Shown: positions 20,726 through 32,399, numbered from the stretch's first letter. The stretch is DNA of 64,000 bases from an uncultured Clostridia bacterium (GCA_934130935.1 CAKOYQ010000008.1:1865-65864), one strand, 5' to 3'. Numbers and translations: made by a program. The notes: a model not told the origin generated them from the letters alone.

Positions 20726-22432
20726 GTGATAATTATTAAGCGTTTTATTTTTACACTTATTTTTTTGGTATTAACATCTTTTATTTCTTATCATTTTTTT
20801 CAACCTTTATACCAAGCAACAGAAGTTATTATTTCCTTTGGCTTAAATCCCTCAGACATTTGTTACGATAATCCTTTAATTTGGAAATTTATAAAAATTA
20901 GTTTTATTTTTTTCAATATATTTTCAAATTTTATTATAATTAATTCAATAATTTTAAGATTTCATATTTTTGAAAAAAATATTACACATGTAAAACCAGC
21001 TACGGGAATTAATAATACAACTCAACTATCAAAAACAGATTTACAATTATTAATAGGTTACAATGTTTCTAATAACTCAAAAATATATTTACCAGAATCA
21101 GGATTATATCAAAACTTTTTAATAACTGGCACTATAGGTACTGGTAAAACAAGTTCTGCAATGTACCCTTTTACAGAACAATTAATCAAGTATAATTACT
21201 TACACCCCACTAAAAAATTAGGTATTTTAATATTAGATGTAAAAGGAAATTATTTCAAACAAGTAAAACAATTTGCCACAAAATATCATTTAGAAAAAGA
21301 TATAATAGAAATTGGTTTACACTCTAAAATACGATACAATCCTCTGCATAAACCAAACCTTAATCCAATAGTTTTAGCTAATAGACTTAAAACTATTTTA
21401 TTATTATTTTCAGAAAATAACTCTGAATCTTTTTGGCTTGATAAAGCAGAACAAATTTTAACCGAATGTATTAAACTCTGTAGATTATATAATAATGGCT
21501 ATGTCACTTTTATAGAATTACATAAATTAATTACTGAACCTGATTATTATAAATCAAAAATTGAAATATTAAAAAATTTATTTTATCAATCAAAGTTTTC
21601 TCATAAAGACATTTATGAACTTAATACCGCTCTTGAGTTTTTTGAAAAAGAATTTAACTCTTTAGATCAACGTACTTTAGCTATTCTAAAATCAGAAATT
21701 TCTAGAATTACCAATATATTTATTTCAGATTACAATGTTTCAAAAACTTTTTGTCCAGAAAAAAAAGATTTAAATTTCAAAAGTTTTAGTTCAATGATTC
21801 AAAAAGGAAAAATTGTAATTTTAAATATGAATATTGCAGAATATAAAAATCTTTCAAAAATTATTGCTGCATATTTAAAATTAGATTTCCAGTCAGAAAT
21901 AATGTATAATTTATCACATGCAAAAACTCGACCTTCTGTTTTTATATGTGACGAGTATTCAGAATATGTTACAAAAACAGATGCAGATTTTTTCTCTCTC
22001 AGTCGTGAAGCCAAATGCATAAATATTGTTTCAACTCAAAGTTATTCTTCCCTAAAAAATACACTAAAAGACGAAACTTCTGTAAAAGTTATTATTCAAA
22101 ACTTAATCAATAAAATTTGGTTTAGAACTGATGATATCTTCACAATCGAAGAGGTTCAAAAGCAGTTAGGAAAAGAAGAAAAATTTTATACATCAAAAAG
22201 TATTTCAGAAAATGCTAAAGAAACAAAGTTTAATTATATAACAAATTCTTTAAATTCGCAGAATTCAAGTATCACAGAAAGTTTAAATACCTACACTCAA
22301 AAGGATTTCATTTATGATACAAATTTTTTCACTCAAAATTTGGAAACTTTTTCATCTCTTGCCTTTTTATCAGATGGCTCACATATATTAAAACCATCAA
22401 AATTGAAAATGTTTCCATATTTTGAAAATTAG
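20726..22432 (+). CDS. Type IV secretion coupling protein (VirD4/TraG/TrsK-like), 2 N-terminal TMs
   Basis: Two N-terminal TM helices. Walker A GTIGTGKTSS and Walker B VFICDEYSE; size 568 aa. Confidence 0.65.
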   Translation: MIIIKRFIFTLIFLVLTSFISYHFFQPLYQATEVIISFGLNPSDICYDNPLIWKFIKISFIFFNIFSNFIIINSIILRFHIFEKNITHVKPATGINNTTQLSKTDLQLLIGYNVSNNSKIYLPESGLYQNFLITGTIGTGKTSSAMYPFTEQLIKYNYLHPTKKLGILILDVKGNYFKQVKQFATKYHLEKDIIEIGLHSKIRYNPLHKPNLNPIVLANRLKTILLLFSENNSESFWLDKAEQILTECIKLCRLYNNGYVTFIELHKLITEPDYYKSKIEILKNLFYQSKFSHKDIYELNTALEFFEKEFNSLDQRTLAILKSEISRITNIFISDYNVSKTFCPEKKDLNFKSFSSMIQKGKIVILNMNIAEYKNLSKIIAAYLKLDFQSEIMYNLSHAKTRPSVFICDEYSEYVTKTDADFFSLSREAKCINIVSTQSYSSLKNTLKDETSVKVIIQNLINKIWFRTDDIFTIEEVQKQLGKEEKFYTSKSISENAKETKFNYITNSLNSQNSSITESLNTYTQKDFIYDTNFFTQNLETFSSLAFLSDGSHILKPSKLKMFPYFEN

Positions 22433-22480
22433 TTTTATAATTTTTGCTTAAAAAATTAAATATTTCAATAAGGAGTCACT

Positions 22481-22798
22481 ATGAAAAAATTATTATTTAT
22501 TATTACACTTTTTATTTATATTATATTAATTTTATCCCCTATTGTCCTAGGAGCAACACCTAAATTAGTAAATAAATTAAATGATGCTTTTAAAGATATT
22601 GAAGGGTGGATTATAAAAATATCAACACCTGCAGCTGCTGTGGCTGTTTGTACAGGTGCACTTATGAGAAAATTCAGCTTTGGCGATGAAGAAAAAATCA
22701 GAACTGGAAAGAAATTAATTACAGGTTCATTATTTTCTTATGCTTTTATATTAGCTATAGATTTAATATTATCTGCAATTCAATCTTTAATTGGATAG
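22481..22798 (+). CDS. VirB2/TrbC-like small membrane protein (putative conjugative pilin), paralogous to 50010, 63088 and 63602
   Basis: Signal peptide plus two hydrophobic helices. Similar to the other small pilin-like ORFs in this window. Confidence 0.5.
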   Translation: MKKLLFIITLFIYIILILSPIVLGATPKLVNKLNDAFKDIEGWIIKISTPAAAVAVCTGALMRKFSFGDEEKIRTGKKLITGSLFSYAFILAIDLILSAIQSLIG

Positions 22799-22806
22799 GT
22801 GATTAA

Positions 22807-23685
22807 ATGGAGAGTAATTCAAATATAACTTCAAATATTATTGAAGCAGTTAACACTATCTTAGGAAATTTATTTTCTTCAATAGATAGCAATGTTTATA
22901 ATGTTCTTGATGACATTACTTTTATAAGTTCAGATATAATTAATGATTCTTATTTTGAAAAAATATTAGGAACTTCAGCATCCAATGGAATTTTATTAAT
23001 ATCAAATTCTCTACTTTTTGGTTTTTTATTATATTATTCTATAAAATACCTATTTGCACATTTTACATTTCAACAAATAGAAAAGCCTTCGCAATTTATT
23101 TTTAAATCTATTATTTTTGGTATTTGTATTAATTTTTCATATTTTTTTGTCGGAGAAGCCTTAAATTTTTTATCTAATATATCTCTTGCAATTAGAGGGA
23201 TTGGAGAAGATTTATTTCATAAAAACATTTGCTTTTCTGAACTGATTTTAGAAATAAACAATGATATTTCTATAACCTCCTCTTCTTTAGATATTTTTTC
23301 ATTAGATGGAATTATTAAAGCTTCACTTACAATGTCTTTATTAAATCTAGTTTTTACATATTCTTTTAGATATGTAATGATTAAAATTTTTATTTTACTT
23401 ACACCTTTTGCAATTTTGTCATTAATATTAGAACATACTTCATGGTTTTTTAAAGCTTGGGTTCGCAACTTATTTTCTTTATTATTTATACAGATTATTG
23501 TCTCTATTGTTTTATTAATATTATTTTCTATGGATTATTCTTCTAATAATTTAATGACTAAATTCATTTATATTGGAGCAATTTATGCTCTAATAAAATC
23601 AAATTCTTTTGTTCGTGATTTCATCGGTGGAGTTTCCACAACTTTTACTCAAAATGTGGAAAACTTATTTAAAAAATCACATTAA
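22807..23685 (+). CDS. Polytopic membrane protein, VirB6/TrbL/TrsL-like
   Basis: About 6 predicted TM helices across 292 aa. Sits inside a T4SS gene string. Confidence 0.45.
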   Translation: MESNSNITSNIIEAVNTILGNLFSSIDSNVYNVLDDITFISSDIINDSYFEKILGTSASNGILLISNSLLFGFLLYYSIKYLFAHFTFQQIEKPSQFIFKSIIFGICINFSYFFVGEALNFLSNISLAIRGIGEDLFHKNICFSELILEINNDISITSSSLDIFSLDGIIKASLTMSLLNLVFTYSFRYVMIKIFILLTPFAILSLILEHTSWFFKAWVRNLFSLLFIQIIVSIVLLILFSMDYSSNNLMTKFIYIGAIYALIKSNSFVRDFIGGVSTTFTQNVENLFKKSH

Positions 23686-23699
23686 TATAGTTTAATATT

Positions 23700-23881
23700 T
23701 TCCAAGACTAAAATATAATCCTTCCATTACATTCCTCGATTCATTTCGAGATTTAAGAAATTCTAATTTATTTTATGGCACCCTTCCACTCTCGTGAACT
23801 CTTTCCATAAAATTCATAAGAATTTCTAAAATCTCTCCAATCATATTCGTCATTCCATTTCAGGATTATATTTTAGTCTTG
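23700..23881. repeat. 22-bp perfect inverted repeat (TTCCAAGACTAAAATATAATCC / GGATTATATTTTAGTCTTGGAA) bracketing 138 bp; interior also partly palindromic
   Basis: Read directly from the intergenic sequence between the VirB6-like and TcpE-like genes. Confidence 0.85.
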
Positions 23882-23914
23882 GAATTATATTAAATCTATA
23901 GGAAAGGAGCTTTT

Positions 23915-24199
23915 ATGAAATTTATAATTCCTCAAAATTATAATTTTAAAAATAAAATATTTGGTATTTTAGATTATTCAACAGCTTTTTTAAATTTATT
24001 TTGGTATACACTTAACTTTATTATACTTAACTTATTTTTTAACAACTGGAACATAAAAATATTTTTTCTTATTTCTCTATGTCTTCCATTAACTTTATTT
24101 AGCTTAGTTGGATTTAATGGAGAATCTGTTGTTTATGTCCTTAAATATGTTATCAAATATCTACTTAGGCCAAAACTATATTTATTTAAAAAATTTTAA
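23915..24199 (+). CDS. TcpE/VirB3-like small membrane protein, 94 aa
   Basis: N-terminus FIIPQNYNFKNKIFGILDYSTAF resembles the TcpE-like ORF at 50478 (YNLPRNVKGEGRILFIFSTKSL). Two TM helices. Confidence 0.5.
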   Translation: MKFIIPQNYNFKNKIFGILDYSTAFLNLFWYTLNFIILNLFFNNWNIKIFFLISLCLPLTLFSLVGFNGESVVYVLKYVIKYLLRPKLYLFKKF

Positions 24200-24333
24200 T
24201 TTTATCTCCTATTTTTTTATTTTAGACTTGATTTTATTTTGTAAAATGATATAATTCTATTTAGCTTATAGGAGAAAATAGTTTAGCTTTATTTCTAAAC
24301 TATATTCGTTCCTTTGGGGGGAGGAATGATTAA

Positions 24334-25389
24334 ATGAAATTAGAACAACCAGAAATTCCACTGTTATTTTCTGAGACAGTTGTTTCAGATATATTTTTTG
24401 CTGAATATTTATCTCAGATGCCATCAAATAGTGTTAAAGTTTATTTATATATGATGTTTCTATCAAAATATAAAAAAGATATAAAATTAAATGATTTATC
24501 CAAAAAACTAGCACTTCCGCTAAAAGATATAAATGATGCTATTTTATATTTGGATACTAATGGATTAATTATAAAAAAAGAGGCTGGTTATATTGTTGTA
24601 AATCTACAAGAATTAACTCTTCATAAATTATATACACCAAATTTAACCGCATCTCCTGAAAAAGTTGCTAATATTGCCAAAAACAAAGCTCGTGCTAAAG
24701 TTATAACTCATATAAATAATGCATATTTTCAGGGAATTATGGGACCATCATGGTACAATGATATTGATTTATGGTTCACAAAATATAATTTTGATGATCA
24801 AGTTATGATTGCACTTTTTGATTATTGTTATAACCGTTCTGCACTTCATAAAAAGTATGTACAAACAGTTGCAGAAGCCTGGGGAAATAATAATATTCAA
24901 ACATGGAATGACTTAGATTTATACTATCAAAAACAGGAAAAATTGGTGAAAATAAAAAGGACAATTACTAAGAAACTTGGAAAAACTTCTCTTACTCAAT
25001 ATGAAGAAGCATATATTGAAAAATGGGTTATTGATTTTGGTTATGATTTAAATATTATTGAAATCGCTCTTAAAAGAACCACTTTTAAATCAAATCCTAC
25101 ATTTGAATATTTCAATAATATAATTACAGACTGGCATGATAGGAATTTAAAAACATCAAATGAAATTCTTGCATTTATAGAACAACGTAATAAACAAAAG
25201 AAAGATACTAAAAAACTAGAAAAACAAGTTGCAAAAGCGTCTTTTGATCAAAGACAATATGATAATCTGGCATTTTTATACGCAAATGCAGGAATATCTC
25301 CTGTAGAATTTCCAAATAATTCAAATGCGAATGAACCTCAAGCATCTGCATCAGTTTTTTCTAATATTAAAGGAGATTTAAATGGATAA
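24334..25389 (+). CDS. DnaD-domain replication initiation protein (DnaD/DnaB-like)
   Basis: N-terminal winged-helix-like region (VKVYLYMMFLS) and a DnaD-domain region (MIALFDYCYNRSALHKKYVQTVAEAWG). Confidence 0.6.
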   Translation: MKLEQPEIPLLFSETVVSDIFFAEYLSQMPSNSVKVYLYMMFLSKYKKDIKLNDLSKKLALPLKDINDAILYLDTNGLIIKKEAGYIVVNLQELTLHKLYTPNLTASPEKVANIAKNKARAKVITHINNAYFQGIMGPSWYNDIDLWFTKYNFDDQVMIALFDYCYNRSALHKKYVQTVAEAWGNNNIQTWNDLDLYYQKQEKLVKIKRTITKKLGKTSLTQYEEAYIEKWVIDFGYDLNIIEIALKRTTFKSNPTFEYFNNIITDWHDRNLKTSNEILAFIEQRNKQKKDTKKLEKQVAKASFDQRQYDNLAFLYANAGISPVEFPNNSNANEPQASASVFSNIKGDLNG

Positions 25390-26401
25390 TGAAATTTTAT
25401 CTAAATTAATAGCAGAATATGACCAAAAAAAACGTAGAGCAGAACTTGATTTACAAGAGCGTAAAGAAGAACTTTATAAAAAAATTCCTCGTCTGCAAGA
25501 AATTGAAATTGAATTAAATAATTTTGCTATTAATACTGCAAAAAACATTTTAAAAGGGTCTTCTTCCCTTTCTTTAGAGGCTTTAAATTCCAAAGTTGCA
25601 GATTTAAAAATTGAAAAAAATAGAATATTAAAAGAACATAATATACCAAGTACTTATTTAGAACCTTTCTACGAGTGCAACATTTGCAAAGATACTGGAT
25701 ATATTCAAACTGGTACTTCAGCATCTAGTTTATGTTCTTGTTTAAAACAGAAACTATTAGATATATCTTATAATAAATCAAATATTTCTAACCTTAGTAA
25801 AGAAAATTTTGCAACTTTTAATGAAAATATTTTTTCAGATAAAATAGAAACTGAAAAATTTGGAATTAATATTTCACCACGTCAAAATATTATAACAATA
25901 AAATCAAAATGCATAGATTTTGTTAAAAACTTTGATAATCCTGATACTCATAATTTATTATTTACAGGAAATACTGGACTTGGAAAAACTTTTATGAGTA
26001 ATTGTATAGCAAATGAATTAATAAAGAATGGAAAAAGCGTACTTTATCAAACAGCCCCTGTTTTATTAGAAACTGTTATTGACAAAAAATTTAATAAGTA
26101 TAAAAATTCTGTTCAAGATGATTTTTATAAAAATGTTTTAGAGTCAGATTTATTAATTATTGATGACCTAGGGACAGAATGTTTAAATAGCATGAAATTA
26201 AGTGAATTATTTACAATTTTAAATACTCGTTTGTTAAATTTTAATAATAAAGTAACAAAAACTATAATTTCTACTAATTTAAATATTAATAATATTTTTA
26301 AAAATTATGAAGAAAGAATTGGTTCTCGTATTGCTGGATTTTATGACATTTATTATTTTTTTGGTGATGATTTAAGACTTAAGCCAAAACATTTTAATTA
26401 G
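25382..26401 (+). CDS. DnaI/DnaC-like helicase-loader ATPase with N-terminal Zn-binding CxxC...CxC
   Basis: Zn-binding pattern CNICKDTGY...CSCLK. Walker A TGNTGLGKTF and Walker B LLIIDDLG. Overlaps the previous gene by 8 bp. Confidence 0.65.
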   Translation: MDNEILSKLIAEYDQKKRRAELDLQERKEELYKKIPRLQEIEIELNNFAINTAKNILKGSSSLSLEALNSKVADLKIEKNRILKEHNIPSTYLEPFYECNICKDTGYIQTGTSASSLCSCLKQKLLDISYNKSNISNLSKENFATFNENIFSDKIETEKFGINISPRQNIITIKSKCIDFVKNFDNPDTHNLLFTGNTGLGKTFMSNCIANELIKNGKSVLYQTAPVLLETVIDKKFNKYKNSVQDDFYKNVLESDLLIIDDLGTECLNSMKLSELFTILNTRLLNFNNKVTKTIISTNLNINNIFKNYEERIGSRIAGFYDIYYFFGDDLRLKPKHFN

Positions 26402-26485
26402 ACAAAAGGCATAATATATAGTTCTTATATAGTGTATTTATTTGCACTTACTATATTATCTTGCTTTTTATATAAAATTTTCTAC

Positions 26486-26523
26486 AAAAAAGGATTCCCT
26501 AACTCGGAACCCTTTTTATTTTT
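26486..26523. terminator. Bidirectional terminator hairpin (AGGATTCCCTAACTCGGAACCCT) flanked by A and T runs
   Basis: Lies between the convergent DnaI-like gene and gyrA. Confidence 0.6.
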
Positions 26524-28977
26524 TTATTTACTTTCTTCTGACTGAGCAATTTCTGGAGTTAATGTTTCCATACTTACAACTTTTCCACCATCTGTCGTTC
26601 TCATCAAAGTTACACCTTGTGTTGAGCGTCCTAACACACTTATATCTTTTACTTTAAGTCTTATTATTGTTCCTTTATCAGTTATAAGCATTACATCTTC
26701 ATCATCTGTTGCTATTCTTGCTCCAACTAATTTACCTGTTTTTTGAGTTACCTTATATGTTATAACACCTTTTCCTCCTCGAATTTGTACTCTGTATTCA
26801 TCAAGTTCTGTTCTTTTTCCAAATCCGTTTTCTGTAATTGCAAGTAATGTTGCTTTTCCACCTGCAATAATTGATTCCATTCCTATAACTTCATCATCTT
26901 CATCAATCCTAATTCCTATAACACCTTGTGAAACTCTACCGATTGGACGGACATCTTTTTCGTCAAATGTAATACACATTCCATTTCTTGTAACAAGAAT
27001 TACATTATCTTCTCCATCAGTCAATCTAACTGCAATTAACTCATCATCTTCTTTTAATGTTATTCCTTGCAATCCTGTCTTACGTGCTGAATTATATTCA
27101 GCCAAAGCTGTTTTCTTTATTAATCCATTTTTTGTTGACATTAATAAGTATTTACCTTCTGCAAAATTTTGAATTGGTATAACTGCTGATACTTTTTCTC
27201 CTGCGTCTAAACTTAATAAGTTTACAATCGCTGTTCCCCTAGCAGTTCTACCTGCTTCTGGTACTTCATATCCTCTTAGTTTATACAATTTTCCTTTATT
27301 AGTAAAGAATAAAATAGTGTCATGTGTAGAGGCTGTAAATATTTGTTTTACAAAGTCTTCCTCTCTTGTAGCAATTCCTGTTATTCCTTTTCCTCCACGT
27401 TTTTGACTTCTATATGTATCTATTGGCATTCTTTTAATATATCCAAAATGTGTTAAAGCTATAACTGTCTGTTCTTCTTTTATCAAATCTTCAACATCGA
27501 TTTCTCCCTCTGCTGCTACAATCTTTGTTTTTCTATCATCTCCAAACTTATTTTTAATTTCAATAAGTTCTTCTTTTATAATATCAAATACTAATTTTTC
27601 ACTATTTAAAATTGCTCTTAAATGTTCAATTAATTCCATTAATTGTTTATATTCTTCTTCAATCTTTTCTCTTTGCAATCCTGATAGTGTTTTTAGTCTC
27701 ATGTCCAAAATTGCTTGTGCTTGTATATCTGTTAATCCAAATCTTTCCATCAATCTTTCTTTTGCATCATCATAAGAGTTACGGATAATTGCAATTACCT
27801 CATCTATATTATCAATAGCAATTCTTAAACCTTCTAATATATGAGCTCTTGCTAATGCTTTATCCAAATCAAATTGAGTTCTACGCAAAATAACAGTTTT
27901 TCTATGATCAATATAACAATCTAAACATTGTCTTAATGTTAATATTTTTGGCTCTCCATCTACTAAAGCCAACATTATTACTCCAAATGTATCTTGCATT
28001 TGTGTATTTTTATATAATTGATTTAATACTACTTGAGGATTAGCATCTCTTTTAAGTTCCATTACAATTCTAACTCTTTCTTTTCTATCTGATTCATCAC
28101 GTAATTCAGAGATTCCTTCTATCCTCTTCTCTCTAGTTAATCTTGCAATATTTTCAATTAGACGAGCTTTATTTACTTGATATGGTAATGATGAAACTAT
28201 TATCCTTTGCTTATTTCCACTCATTTCCTCTATCTCTGCTTCTGCTCTCATTATAATTTTGCCTCTTCCAGTTCGATATGCCTCTTTAATTCCCTCTAAA
28301 CCAAGAATCATTCCTCCTGTTGGAAAATCAGGTCCTTTTATTATTTGCATTAAATCTTCATCTGTTACATTATCATCATCAATAATTTTTATTATTCCAT
28401 CCACAATTTCTGTTAAATTATGTGGTGGTATATTTGTTGCCATTCCTACAGCTATTCCTGATGAACCATTAACTAATAATGCTGGTATCTTTGAAGGTAA
28501 AACTGTTGGTTCTTGCAATCTATCATCATAGTTTGGCATAAAGTCAACTGTATTCTTTTCTATATCTACTAACATTTGCTCAGCTATTTTTGACATTCTT
28601 GCTTCTGTATACCTCATCGCAGCAGCACCATCACCATCTATTGAACCAAAATTACCATGTCCATCTACTAGCATATATCTCATTGAAAAGTCTTGTGCCA
28701 TTCTTACCATCGCATCATATACTGATGCATCTCCATGTGGATGATATCTTCCTAATACAGAACCTACTGTATTTGCACATTTCCTATATGGCTTGTCTGA
28801 GGTAATTCCATCTTCATGCATAGCATACAATATTCTTCTATGTACTGGTTTTAATCCATCTCTTACATCTGGTAATGCTCTTGATACAATAACACTCATT
28901 GCATAATCGATGTAAGCTGTTTTCATCTCTTGTTCAATATCTCTTTGAATTATATTTCCATCTTGTCTTTCATCCAT
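26524..28977 (-). CDS. gyrA: DNA gyrase subunit A
   Basis: 817 aa. N-terminal [24 protein letters not shown] and the [11 protein letters not shown] region are canonical GyrA. Confidence 0.97.
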   Translation of the reverse strand: MDERQDGNIIQRDIEQEMKTAYIDYAMSVIVSRALPDVRDGLKPVHRRILYAMHEDGITSDKPYRKCANTVGSVLGRYHPHGDASVYDAMVRMAQDFSMRYMLVDGHGNFGSIDGDGAAAMRYTEARMSKIAEQMLVDIEKNTVDFMPNYDDRLQEPTVLPSKIPALLVNGSSGIAVGMATNIPPHNLTEIVDGIIKIIDDDNVTDEDLMQIIKGPDFPTGGMILGLEGIKEAYRTGRGKIIMRAEAEIEEMSGNKQRIIVSSLPYQVNKARLIENIARLTREKRIEGISELRDESDRKERVRIVMELKRDANPQVVLNQLYKNTQMQDTFGVIMLALVDGEPKILTLRQCLDCYIDHRKTVILRRTQFDLDKALARAHILEGLRIAIDNIDEVIAIIRNSYDDAKERLMERFGLTDIQAQAILDMRLKTLSGLQREKIEEEYKQLMELIEHLRAILNSEKLVFDIIKEELIEIKNKFGDDRKTKIVAAEGEIDVEDLIKEEQTVIALTHFGYIKRMPIDTYRSQKRGGKGITGIATREEDFVKQIFTASTHDTILFFTNKGKLYKLRGYEVPEAGRTARGTAIVNLLSLDAGEKVSAVIPIQNFAEGKYLLMSTKNGLIKKTALAEYNSARKTGLQGITLKEDDELIAVRLTDGEDNVILVTRNGMCITFDEKDVRPIGRVSQGVIGIRIDEDDEVIGMESIIAGGKATLLAITENGFGKRTELDEYRVQIRGGKGVITYKVTQKTGKLVGARIATDDEDVMLITDKGTIIRLKVKDISVLGRSTQGVTLMRTTDGGKVVSMETLTPEIAQSEESK

Positions 28978-29074
28978 AGTTTTCTACCTCTTTCTTTTTT
29001 CTTATACTTTTGTATTATATTATACTAATCCTTATTTTGCAAGGGTTTTGGGTAATTATTTTCTCATTTTTTAC

Positions 29075-29290
29075 TTATTTTTTTAAGCTTTTTATTATAA
29101 ATCTAACTCCATCCTTAAAGCCTTGTTTATAATATAATTCACTTATTATATTCATTTTTATATTATTCCTTTCTTCTTCGCTATTAACCTTTATTTGTTT
29201 TATTTTATAGTGATATTCTCTCTGTATATTTTCTTCTATATCCTCATATCTTTCTTCAAAAATTCTATTTAACATTTCATCATCAAACAT
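29075..29290 (-). CDS. Hypothetical 71-aa acidic protein
   Basis: Listed in the ORF track only; divergent from the XRE regulator gene. Confidence 0.3.
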   Translation of the reverse strand: MFDDEMLNRIFEERYEDIEENIQREYHYKIKQIKVNSEEERNNIKMNIISELYYKQGFKDGVRFIIKSLKK

Positions 29291-29464
29291 ATTTTTCTCC
29301 TATATTTTATATTCTATTTTTTATCTTTTACATATAATTTATTTTTATTCCCACTAATTCTTATTATCCTCTATAATTACTGTGTATGTGAAAAATATGC
29401 TATTTGCTTATTATATGTTGACAATTTTCGCTATATAATGTAGAAAAATCTTTGAGGTGAGCAT

Positions 29465-29815
29465 ATGCAATTTAATAGAGAAAATATCGATATTGGTGAA
29501 AGGCTACGTAGTATAAGAGAGGGCATGAACATGACTAGAGAACAATTCTCTGAAAAAATTGACATTACAGATTCTTTTTTAGGTCAAATTGAAAGAGGTG
29601 AACGTGCTTTAAGTGTAAAAACTTTAAAAAAAGTTGTAAAATATACTGGCGTTTCCGCAGATTATTTATTATTCGGGCAAGATAACAATAATAAAACAAT
29701 TCAAAAAATAAATAATATTTTAACAGTAAATTCTGATGCAACATCTGATTTTATTTATCATATTGTTATGTGTTCAAATGACTTCTGTAAAAAAATTTTA
29801 GAAGAAAATAAATAA
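29465..29815 (+). CDS. XRE-family helix-turn-helix transcriptional regulator
   Basis: HTH LRSIREGMNMTREQFSEKIDITDSFLGQIERGER. RBS GAGGTGA upstream of the start. Confidence 0.8.
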   Translation: MQFNRENIDIGERLRSIREGMNMTREQFSEKIDITDSFLGQIERGERALSVKTLKKVVKYTGVSADYLLFGQDNNNKTIQKINNILTVNSDATSDFIYHIVMCSNDFCKKILEENK

Positions 29816-29854
29816 GAACTTATACTAAATACATGCACCTTTTTTGCATGTATT

Positions 29855-30556
29855 TTAGCTTGCAAGATTATTTGCTAATTTTATCTCATTTTCTGTGATA
29901 TTAAAATTTTGCCCATTATTTTTTATTAAATTATGAAGTGTTTTAACCCTTTTTGTTTCTTTAATAATATTTTCCAATGGAATTATTTTTTCTGACTCCT
30001 GCTCAATCTTTTTTAATTCTTTTGTCATTTTCTCAAAATCTCTTTGGTTATAATATTCTTTCCAGTTTTTTAAATATTTTTCTAATTTCTCAATAGTATT
30101 TGTCTGTTTATTTAACTCAGTTTTTATATTTTTAGTTACATTATTTAATAATACATTTTTTCCATTTTTTATAAGATTATTAACATTTTTATTTATATAC
30201 CCATTTTGATATGTTTTATTTATTACTTTATCTAATACACCTGAAATTGAATCTATAATTCCTCCACTACCTATTGCAATTTTTACTTGTTCAATATTTT
30301 CAAAATTTCCACTAATTATTCCATTAGCACTTTTCCAAAAATCTATAGCAGAATTTATTGCTGTATCTATGCCTGATTTTAACCCATTTTGTAATAAAGC
30401 ATTTTTTATATCAATTATTTGATTTTCTATTAAATCTGGTAATATTGCTCTTAGTCCTATATCCAAAGCACTATTTATTGTTCTTCCAATAACATTATTT
30501 AAAAAATTTTTTTTCTCTATATTAATATTATTATTTATTTGATTTTCTATTTCCAT
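29855..30556 (-). CDS. Hypothetical protein, 234 aa (start moved to the internal Met MEIENQ)
   Basis: RBS AGGAAAGGA sits 8 nt upstream of ATG 30556. This start avoids the 50-bp overlap with the upstream gene that the track start 30625 would create. Confidence 0.45.
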   Translation of the reverse strand: MEIENQINNNINIEKKNFLNNVIGRTINSALDIGLRAILPDLIENQIIDIKNALLQNGLKSGIDTAINSAIDFWKSANGIISGNFENIEQVKIAIGSGGIIDSISGVLDKVINKTYQNGYINKNVNNLIKNGKNVLLNNVTKNIKTELNKQTNTIEKLEKYLKNWKEYYNQRDFEKMTKELKKIEQESEKIIPLENIIKETKRVKTLHNLIKNNGQNFNITENEIKLANNLAS

Positions 30557-30575
30557 ATATTTTTCCTTTCCTTTT

Positions 30576-32399
30576 TTATTTATTTTTTTCTTCAATAATT
30601 TCTTTTTCAAAATCACTTGCTTCAATATTTATTAAAATATGCTCATCACCAACAAATGTCAAACATTCTCCTCTTCTTAAAGATTTTATTTCTATTTTTT
30701 CTTTTTCTGATAAATTAGAATATTGTGATAATACCTTAATATTTTCTTCTTCTAAGGAAAAAAATGTTTTTATGCTAGAATTATTTAAAATACTTTTTCC
30801 GTAAGTTCCATTTTCTAAACTAAATAAATCTGAAATATCTTGTGTAATTGCAACACTACTCCCTCCATATTTTCTAATAGTTTTAAAAATCTTATAAATA
30901 AATTTTGCAACTTCTTTATTTGATGTAACACCTATTAATCTCCATATCTCATCTAAATAAATTGCTTTTTTTATTTTTCTATTTATTTTTATTTTATCCC
31001 AAAATAATTCTGTAAATAAATACATTCCATATTTCATATTTTCTTCACCTAATTCATATACATCAGCAATAATTAATTTTTTATTTAATTCTATATTTGT
31101 ATAATTATTAAAAAATTTCAATGAGCCTTTAATAAATGGTATCAATTTTATTTTAAATTTTTTTGTTTTTTCATCATTTAAATTATTATATAAATCTTCC
31201 AATATTGGCATATCTTTTGTTATTTTAAATTTACCCTTTTTATATAATGTTTTATCATTAAATGTAATATTTTTCTTTTTATATGTTTCAATTAATTTTT
31301 CTTCTAAAATTGCTTTTTCTTCCTCATTTAACTCTCCAAAAATTAAATTAAAAAATCCAATTAATTTTCCTATTTTTGTTGCTAAATATCCGTGCTCATT
31401 TTCTTCTATGCTTTCTTTTCTAATATCAAAAATATTTATATAATTTTCAGAAGTAGGTCCTATTTTTATAATTGTGCCATTTAATTTTTTAGCAATATTA
31501 TTATATTCTTTTTCTGGGTCTATTACATATTGTTCAATTCCTAATAATGTATTTCTTAAAATTAATAATTTTGTATAAAAAGACTTCCCAGCTCCACTTG
31601 TTCCAAAAATACACATATTTGCATTTTTATATTTACTGGTATTATATCTATCAATTAAAATTAAAGAATTATTATACATATTATTCCCTATATAAATCCC
31701 CTTTTCTTCAACTATTGATGATGACAAAAACGGATATGTACTTATTAATCCAGATGTCAAAATATTCCTTTTTCCAACTTGTTTTAAATCTTCATGATTT
31801 TCTAATATAGGTAAACATGAAATAAAAATTTGCTCTTGTCTAAAATTTGCTCTTCTTGTTTGTAAGCCTTTACTTTGCAATATTCCTTCTATTTTATCTA
31901 AATTATATTCTAATTCTTTTTTATCTTTTGCAAAAACATTTAAATAAATATATAAAAAATATATATTTTCATTATTTATTTGAATTTCCTTTCTTATATA
32001 TTTTGCATCATTATATGTAAAAGCTGCTATATCTATATCCTGTCTGTTTTCACTTGATTGTTTTAATTCAACTCCAACATTTCCTATATTATAGGTCAAT
32101 TCTTTAATTGTTTTAGCTGTTTCCTGTTTTTCATAAAATATTGAAATATTCATATTTATATTTGTTTCTATTAAAGATTTTAAAATTAATTCATTATATT
32201 CTCTATAATAATTTACTATAATTATTCCAGAATAAAAATAATCATCTATCTCCAAAAATTTAGGATTATTTAAATTAATATATGTTGGAGAAATAAAATC
32301 CTTTTCATTAAAAAATCCTTCATATAATTTTATATTATTTTTTTCTCCCTCTTTTTTTAATATTTTATCTTTAATATTGTTTATTATTTTTTTATTCAT
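30576..32399 (-). CDS. VirB4/TrsE/TraE-like conjugation ATPase (AAA-like/DUF87), 607 aa
   Basis: Walker A IFGTSGAGKSF, then DPEKEY, Walker B LDEIW, and ITQ. Clearly paralogous to ORF 51980..53941. Confidence 0.75.
   Translation of the reverse strand: MNKKIINNIKDKILKKEGEKNNIKLYEGFFNEKDFISPTYINLNNPKFLEIDDYFYSGIIIVNYYREYNELILKSLIETNINMNISIFYEKQETAKTIKELTYNIGNVGVELKQSSENRQDIDIAAFTYNDAKYIRKEIQINNENIYFLYIYLNVFAKDKKELEYNLDKIEGILQSKGLQTRRANFRQEQIFISCLPILENHEDLKQVGKRNILTSGLISTYPFLSSSIVEEKGIYIGNNMYNNSLILIDRYNTSKYKNANMCIFGTSGAGKSFYTKLLILRNTLLGIEQYVIDPEKEYNNIAKKLNGTIIKIGPTSENYINIFDIRKESIEENEHGYLATKIGKLIGFFNLIFGELNEEEKAILEEKLIETYKKKNITFNDKTLYKKGKFKITKDMPILEDLYNNLNDEKTKKFKIKLIPFIKGSLKFFNNYTNIELNKKLIIADVYELGEENMKYGMYLFTELFWDKIKINRKIKKAIYLDEIWRLIGVTSNKEVAKFIYKIFKTIRKYGGSSVAITQDISDLFSLENGTYGKSILNNSSIKTFFSLEEENIKVLSQYSNLSEKEKIEIKSLRRGECLTFVGDEHILINIEASDFEKEIIEEKNK

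Noticed and set aside
24334-26401. Calling the DnaD/DnaI-like pair definitively mobile-element cargo
   Set aside because: They could equally be the chromosomal dnaB/dnaD-dnaI helicase-loader operon. Sequence alone does not decide this, so I annotated them generically.
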